Shown: in pieces, positions 58,551-64,000 of the stretch | Layout of the letters: each line of letters starts with the position of its first letter | Position numbering within the stretch: position 1 is the first letter of the stretch | Source of the DNA: Eledone cirrhosa | Lineage: Eukaryota | Direction of reading: 5' to 3' | NCBI GenBank assembly: GCA_964016885.1 | Contig: OZ024762.1 | Span: 806,001 to 870,000 of the forward strand | Length of the DNA: 64,000 bases | Made by a program: the position numbers and the translations under genes | Notes under the pieces: generated by a model | What the model saw: the letters and a program-made list of their open reading frames with translations, nothing else | Told to the model about the DNA's origin: nothing | Database searches by the model: none

Positions 58551-59028
58551 AACAACGAAAAAGTTTGGTTTATTCTTTTATTTGGCAATTATTTACCTGT
58601 CTTCCGGGATGGAGGTAGCAGCTTGTTGGGAATAGGAGACAGGTGGGGTTTATATGTGGGGAAGAGTGTTTACTTACAAGAGGTGTAAAGTATATATTGT
58701 CAGGAGGAGGTGTATATAGAAGAGGTGTAAAGTACATATTGTCAGGAGAGGGTGTATATACAGAAGTAAACTCCAGCTAATTTCTTAGGAAGTATGTAGA
58801 GTGTCTGGTAAACTTTATGTGTATAACTAAGTATGTGAAACTGAGGGTCACATATGTGTTGTCAGAAGGCCACACATGACAACTAATTTTACAAACAAAA
58901 CATTCCCGCTCTGTAAAAACCTGTGTGTGGGCCATAGGTGTGCTTGCAAAGGGCTGCATGTTTGACATGCCTGTCATATAGTGTAAAATGTCAAATTTCT
59001 CTGTCAGTCACTTTCTCCTCAACCTCTA

Positions 59029-59243
59029 CCACCCCAGGTTCTACAGCCCCTCTCTCTCTCTCTCTCCCACCCCAGGTTCTACAGTCCCTCTCTCTCTCCC
59101 ACCCCAGGTTCTACAGCCCCCCTCTCTCTCTCTCACCCCAGGTTCTACAGCCCCTCTCTCTCTCTCCCACCCCAGGTTCTACAGCCCCTCTCTCTCTCCC
59201 ACCCCAGGTTCTACAGCCCCCCTCTCTCTCTCTCCCACCCCAG
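59029..59243 (+). repeat. 32-38-bp tandem repeat made of splice-acceptor-like units
   Basis: (gttctacagccc(ct)n cccaccccag) x6 ending at the exon 9 acceptor. Confidence 0.9.
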
Positions 59244-59492
59244 GTGCTGTTGTCCAGTCTGACCAATCTTCAGAAGTTACTCACATCTCAGACAGAAAAT
59301 GCCTCAAGATTTAAGATGAGTTTCGAGAAACTGGAGAAGGAGTTTATAGAATTGTCGGACAGGAAGATAGCAACACCACACCAACAACAGGAGGAAGAGC
59401 TACTGACACCACCAATACAACAGCTACCATCACCACCACACCAACTACCAGTAACACCACAAAAGCTACCAGTAACAACATCAACAATTTAA
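59244..59492 (+). CDS. CCDC73: CCDC73-like last coding exon; full protein ~382 aa
   Basis: ccccag|VLLSSLTNLQKLLTSQTENASRFKMSFEKLEKEF..TTSTI*; resembles recalled human DIIISFQHMQQLLRQQ. Confidence 0.78.
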   Translation: MLLSSLTNLQKLLTSQTENASRFKMSFEKLEKEFIELSDRKIATPHQQQEEELLTPPIQQLPSPPHQLPVTPQKLPVTTSTI

Positions 59493-60589
59493 CCATGATA
59501 ATTGAAGCCAAATTATTGGTTAGTATAAAACATGTAGAGAAGATATCTTCAACATATAGCTGTAACTATGTATATGTCTAGTTCCTTATAAGATGTATAT
59601 ATAAATGTAGCTTTAGTTTTATTAGACAATGTATGTATATATAAATGATAGAATGCCTTCATTTCAGCTCTCTGAATTCAAATCCTGCCAGGGCCAACTT
59701 TGCCTTTCACCTATTCGAGGTCGATAAAAAAGTACCAGGGTCGATCTTCCTCTATGCTTCTCTGGAAGAAACCTGCTGTATTCTGACCTGGGTTCTGTCA
59801 GGTTTTAAAAAGTGTTAATCCTGCGATAAATCAGCGTTCTGTCCAGTACTTTCAGAAACTTAACGCCAAGTAAACCAGTGATAACCTTAGAACAGACTTA
59901 ACTTTATATTTCCTTATACAGATCTGTCTAAGGTTATGTTACCATCTTGAAGTAAGTATATTTACCTACATGTTAATTGTTCTGAATAGAGGAATCAGTC
60001 TTCTCCATTCTCCTCTATGGAGCAGAAACGTGGCCCCTCACAAAGATGATTGCCAGTAGAGCCCTAATGACCATGAAATACATCAGATGTGACCACTACG
60101 TTTCCAACAAAGTGGACATGTCCTCTTTTCACCAAATCACCCTATCAAGCCCTTAGTCTCGTTCAATGCAGTGATTCCGCACCAGAGGCTAGACATCACC
60201 TTGGAGGATGCACGAGACCGCTGGTGGACCTGGTTGGCTCTACCCACGGTGATACTTTGAGATCGCTGGCTTAGGATGACCCCAGCCTCGTCAAGCAAGA
60301 ATAATAGATGTACAAAATTGTAGGAGTTGCTCAGAGAAACCTTATTTACATAGAATTTGAAGTTGCTGAAAATATTGATAAGTCGACCCCCTTTTATTCG
60401 TGTGTATCCTGTTATATATGTACAAAATACTAGTAGATACCACGTTATATTTATATATATAGAAACGGAAAGAAAGCGAGATAACACTCGGAATATGTCC
60501 TGTTATCTCGCTTTCTTTCCGTTTCTTTTTTTTTTAAAAAGAAAGAAAATGTTAGCTATAAGTATGACTATTTGACTCTGTAGAATTGC

Positions 60590-60751
60590 GGCTTGTGCGT
60601 GGCGCTGCACGTAGCGTTTCTGGCTTCGCTGTCGTACTTCGGTATGGCTGACCACTCGATCGTGTCTGAAGTTGGAATCGTTGCGGGGTCGGCCGGGACC
60701 GTTGCAGGCTGGCTTTATGCTGGCCTGCTCTCCCGCCTCGCATGAGTTTTT
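60590..60751 (+). ncRNA. Candidate structured Pol III small RNA, family unassigned
   Basis: GC-rich island; 5' and 3' ends pair (13 bp + 1 mismatch); cUUCGg hairpin; 10-bp GU-containing hairpin; TATAAG at about -30; T5 terminator directly after the closing stem. Confidence 0.55.
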
Positions 60752-60764
60752 GCCAAAAAATTCG

Positions 60765-60850
60765 ATGAGTTATCTCCCCTGAATTGAATTATTTGCCCTT
60801 TGTTGACATTGAGCTACTTCCGGTTTGTGGAAATCTACTTCCGTTGTTGT
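60765..60850. promoter_or_regulatory. Probable promoter with two ETS-like ACTTCCG sites
   Basis: tacttccggt (~60816) and tacttccgtt (~60836) next to a CpG-rich stretch; GAGTTATCTCCCCT motif at 60767. Confidence 0.4.
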
Positions 60851-60947
60851 CATTTCTCTTCAATGTATTGAAGAAGTAACATCGTTTTATTTACTCTGGG
60901 ACTATTACTGACATTGGTTTGGATCTTACTTTCGTGTTGAGAGGTTT

Positions 60948-61505
60948 GTAGAGTTCTATTTTAATACATTGCTACCATATACACACCTAACCTTCTCCAT
61001 TATATACACTCACTCCTGTAAACAGTGTAGAGTTCTATTTTAATACATTGCTACCATATACACACCTAACCTTCTCCATTATATACACTCACTCCTGTAA
61101 ACAGTGTAGAGTTCTATTTTAATACATTGCTACCATATACACATCTAACCTTCTCCATTATATACACTCTCTCCTGTAAACAGTGTAGAGTTCTATTTTA
61201 ATACATTGCTACCATATACACACCTAACCTTCTCCATTATATACACTCTCTCCTGTAAACAGTGTAGAGTTCTATTTTAATACATTGCTACCATATACAC
61301 ACCTAACCTTCTCCATTATATACACTCACTCCTGTAAACAGTGTAGAGTTCTATTTTAATACGTTGCTACCATATACACACCTAACCTTCTCCATTATAT
61401 ACACTCACTCCTGTAAACAATGTAGAGTTCTATTTTAATACGTTGCTACCATATACACACCTAACCTTCTCCATTATATACACTCACTCCTGTAAACAAT
61501 GTAGA
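60948..61505. repeat. 79-bp minisatellite, 7 copies; a ~32-bp array follows at 61695-61890
   Basis: gtagagttctattttaatacattgctaccatatacacacctaaccttctccattatatacactcactcctgtaaacagt. Confidence 0.95.
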
Positions 61506-62289
61506 TATTAAGACATAAAACCCAGTAATGTCTCCTATGTACACAAGTCTCTCTAGGATATACAGACATGTTTTAACTCCATTTCTGATATTCAGACACT
61601 ACACTATACACTCTCTCTCTATAAAGTAGACATTGTAATGTTTTAACCTTTCTTCTCAGATATTTGAGACATAAAACTGAACTTATCTATATTTACCTAC
61701 AATATAACCCACCTCTATATATATCTACCTACAGTATAACCCACCTCTATATATATCTACCTACAGTATAACCCACCTCTGTATATATCTACCTACAATA
61801 TAACCCACCTCTGTATATATCTACCTACAATATAACCCACCTCTATATATATATCTACCTACAATATAACCCACCTCTATATATATATCTAATTACCTTT
61901 TCTATTGTGTTTATGTTGAGTTTGATACCCATCTCTAGAGGTGTATAAGAAACTATATAATAGAGACACATAAATATTGCTAGGTACTGTAAATACCTGT
62001 TCCTTACACCAGGAGACTGTATTGTATACACACAAACAGTATATATCAATATAAGTGTATATATACATACAGACCTACATTTAATAATATAAATATAGCT
62101 GTAAGTTAAGAGACAGTATATATATATCAATATAACTTTATATATAGTGTTGTCTTAATGGAATAAAAGGAAGCAGGTGTTTCTATATATATATATAGCT
62201 GTATGTCTGTCATTGTTTTTATATTCATTAACATCTCGTTTGTTTCTTTCCAGGTATGTTGAAGATCTACGTCAGGCCACCACAGTGTG

Positions 62290-62328
<39 letters not shown>

Positions 62329-62333
<5 letters not shown>

Positions 62334-63290
62334 TTAGCAAGACATACCCGTTCCAAAGACCCTCATGTATAGATAAGAAATGTATAACCTGTAAAATAAG
62401 CCCCCATATTAACTGTAAAACTAGAAATGTAGTATATAGCATAAGATGTACTGAAGGACAATGTAGAAACAAAAATATAGTGTACATAGGTGAGACAGCT
62501 CGTAGTGTAGGGGAACGAATAAATGAACACTGGCGAGACCTCCAAGATAGTAAAGAATCATCTGTGCTCTACCAACATGCTAAGATAGAACACAGGGGAA
62601 AATTAGAGAGCATAGAAATAAAAATAGAATCCACACACAAGAAAGACGCAATGTTTAGGCAAATTACAGAGGCAGTAAGCATAAAAGAATTAAAACCAAA
62701 ATTAAATAGAAAATATGAGTGGAACAGCAACATCACAACTTACAATTAAGGACAAAATGAAAACACACACACACATAGAACAAACAACTTACAATTGAAA
62801 ACACACACAAGACAAAATGAAAACACACACACACATAGAACAAACAACTTACAATTGAAAACACACACAAGACAAAATGAAAACACACACACACATAGAA
62901 CAAACAACCAACCAACAATAAATAAATAAATAAATAAACAAACAAATAGAAAAATATAAATAGAAAAATGAACACAAACACACACAGACACCCGGATGTG
63001 GCGCATGCGCAAACTGAGCACGCAACCCATACACAAACAAAATGGCGTAGGATAGAAGAAAGGAAAGGCACAGAAACGAAGAAAGAAATCCCCAGTCACT
63101 GAAGAGGTCACAGAGTGTGTGACGAAAGAACTATGACTATATATATATATAAACAACTATCTGGTTGTGGAACCAACCAACCAACCAGAAATTTATAAAT
63201 TTGTAAATTTATAAATATTTAATAAATTAAATTGAAGTGAAAGCAACTGGTGCGTGTGTTTCTTATTGGCAACATGACCCTCCCAAAGTA
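62329..63290 (+). mobile_element. 5'-truncated Penelope-like retroelement (GIY-YIG endonuclease + terminal region)
   Basis: CxxxxCxxC..INCKTRNVVYSIRC..VYIGET..ERINEH..LYQH..EAVSI..PKLN* (stop 62749); hammerhead motif at 63094; flanked by (TA)n. Confidence 0.88.
63094..63138 (+). ncRNA. Minimal type I hammerhead ribozyme motif in the Penelope-like element
   Basis: agtca-CTGAAGA-g-gtcaca(gagtg)tgtgac-GAAA-gaac-TA-tgact. Confidence 0.65.
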
Positions 63291-63902
63291 TAACAATATA
63301 TATATATATAAATGAAGTAATTCCGTCGGAAAAGTCCAGGAAAAAAGAGTGCTCTATGTAAGCAACAGAGCTTTTTAAGATCCAAATTCAATAAACAAAC
63401 CAGGATTTTTTCATTCTGAGGATTGAAAGCAAAACCTTTTGCTTTTAAGAAACCACTGGTAAATGGAATAATTGCCTTATGTTGTTTATTACATAATAAT
63501 AAATATATATATATATGGAGAGAGAGAGAGAGAGAGAAAGATAGTGAACGAGAGTAAGAGAGAGTGTGAGTGTGTTACAGAGAGAGTGTGCGTCAGTGAG
63601 AGAAAGAGTGCGTGCACGAGAGAGTGAGAGCGTGTGTCAGTGAACGGCCGCTAGGTGTCGGGTGAGTGCCAAGTTTCCAAGAAAGTAACATTGTTGTTGT
63701 TGCTTTAGAGAGGATTGTAGCACATTACTACAGTCTCACAGATATATACACATTATACACACATATATACATACATGTGTATATACAGATATGCCGAAAA
63801 GAAAACAAGGTTTGCCAACACATTTATGTATATTTATTTATTTGTCTATATAATCATTCATTAGTTTGTATGTATCGGTTGTATATAAACATGTACGAGA
63901 TA

Positions 63903-63937
<35 letters not shown>

Positions 63938-64000
63938 TAGAGTGTATATAAACATGAATAGTATATATATATATATATGTCTAGAGTGTATATAAACATG

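Noticed and set aside
58938-59243. N-terminal part of the 184-aa ORF
   Set aside because: Intronic TE fragment plus acceptor VNTR; only 59244 onward resembles CCDC73.
62253-62290. Possible small exon after ttctttccag for a downstream + strand gene
   Set aside because: Too short, with an ambiguous donor and no recognisable product; cannot be supported.

Overview
Eukaryotic, AT-rich, microsatellite-dense genomic DNA. The SINE/LINE/MITE repertoire suggests an octopod cephalopod (inference). Two spliced + strand genes were reconstructed by hand from GT-AG boundaries. (1) A PRL/PTP4A prenylated phosphatase with 5 coding exons (3450-8184, 172 aa). Its 5'UTR carries a uORF (MEFVTNSGDFCQAQHV*) resembling the Mg2+-sensing uORF of vertebrate PRL mRNAs. 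(2) A short CCDC73-like coiled-coil gene with 9 coding exons (28120-59492, 382 aa). Its 20.9-kb intron 6 hosts two antisense, single-coding-exon, mutually paralogous genes of unknown family. Just downstream lies a compact, highly structured ~160-nt candidate Pol III RNA (60590-60751) that I cannot assign to a known family. The rest is repeats: tRNA-derived SINEs, RTE and CR1 LINE fragments, a Penelope-like GIY-YIG element with a hammerhead motif, TTAA- and TA-flanked MITEs, many long foldbacks, minisatellites and a 4.3-kb (TA)n tract. Most entries in the supplied ORF track are repeat artefacts. No database searches were run; family assignments come from recalled motifs.
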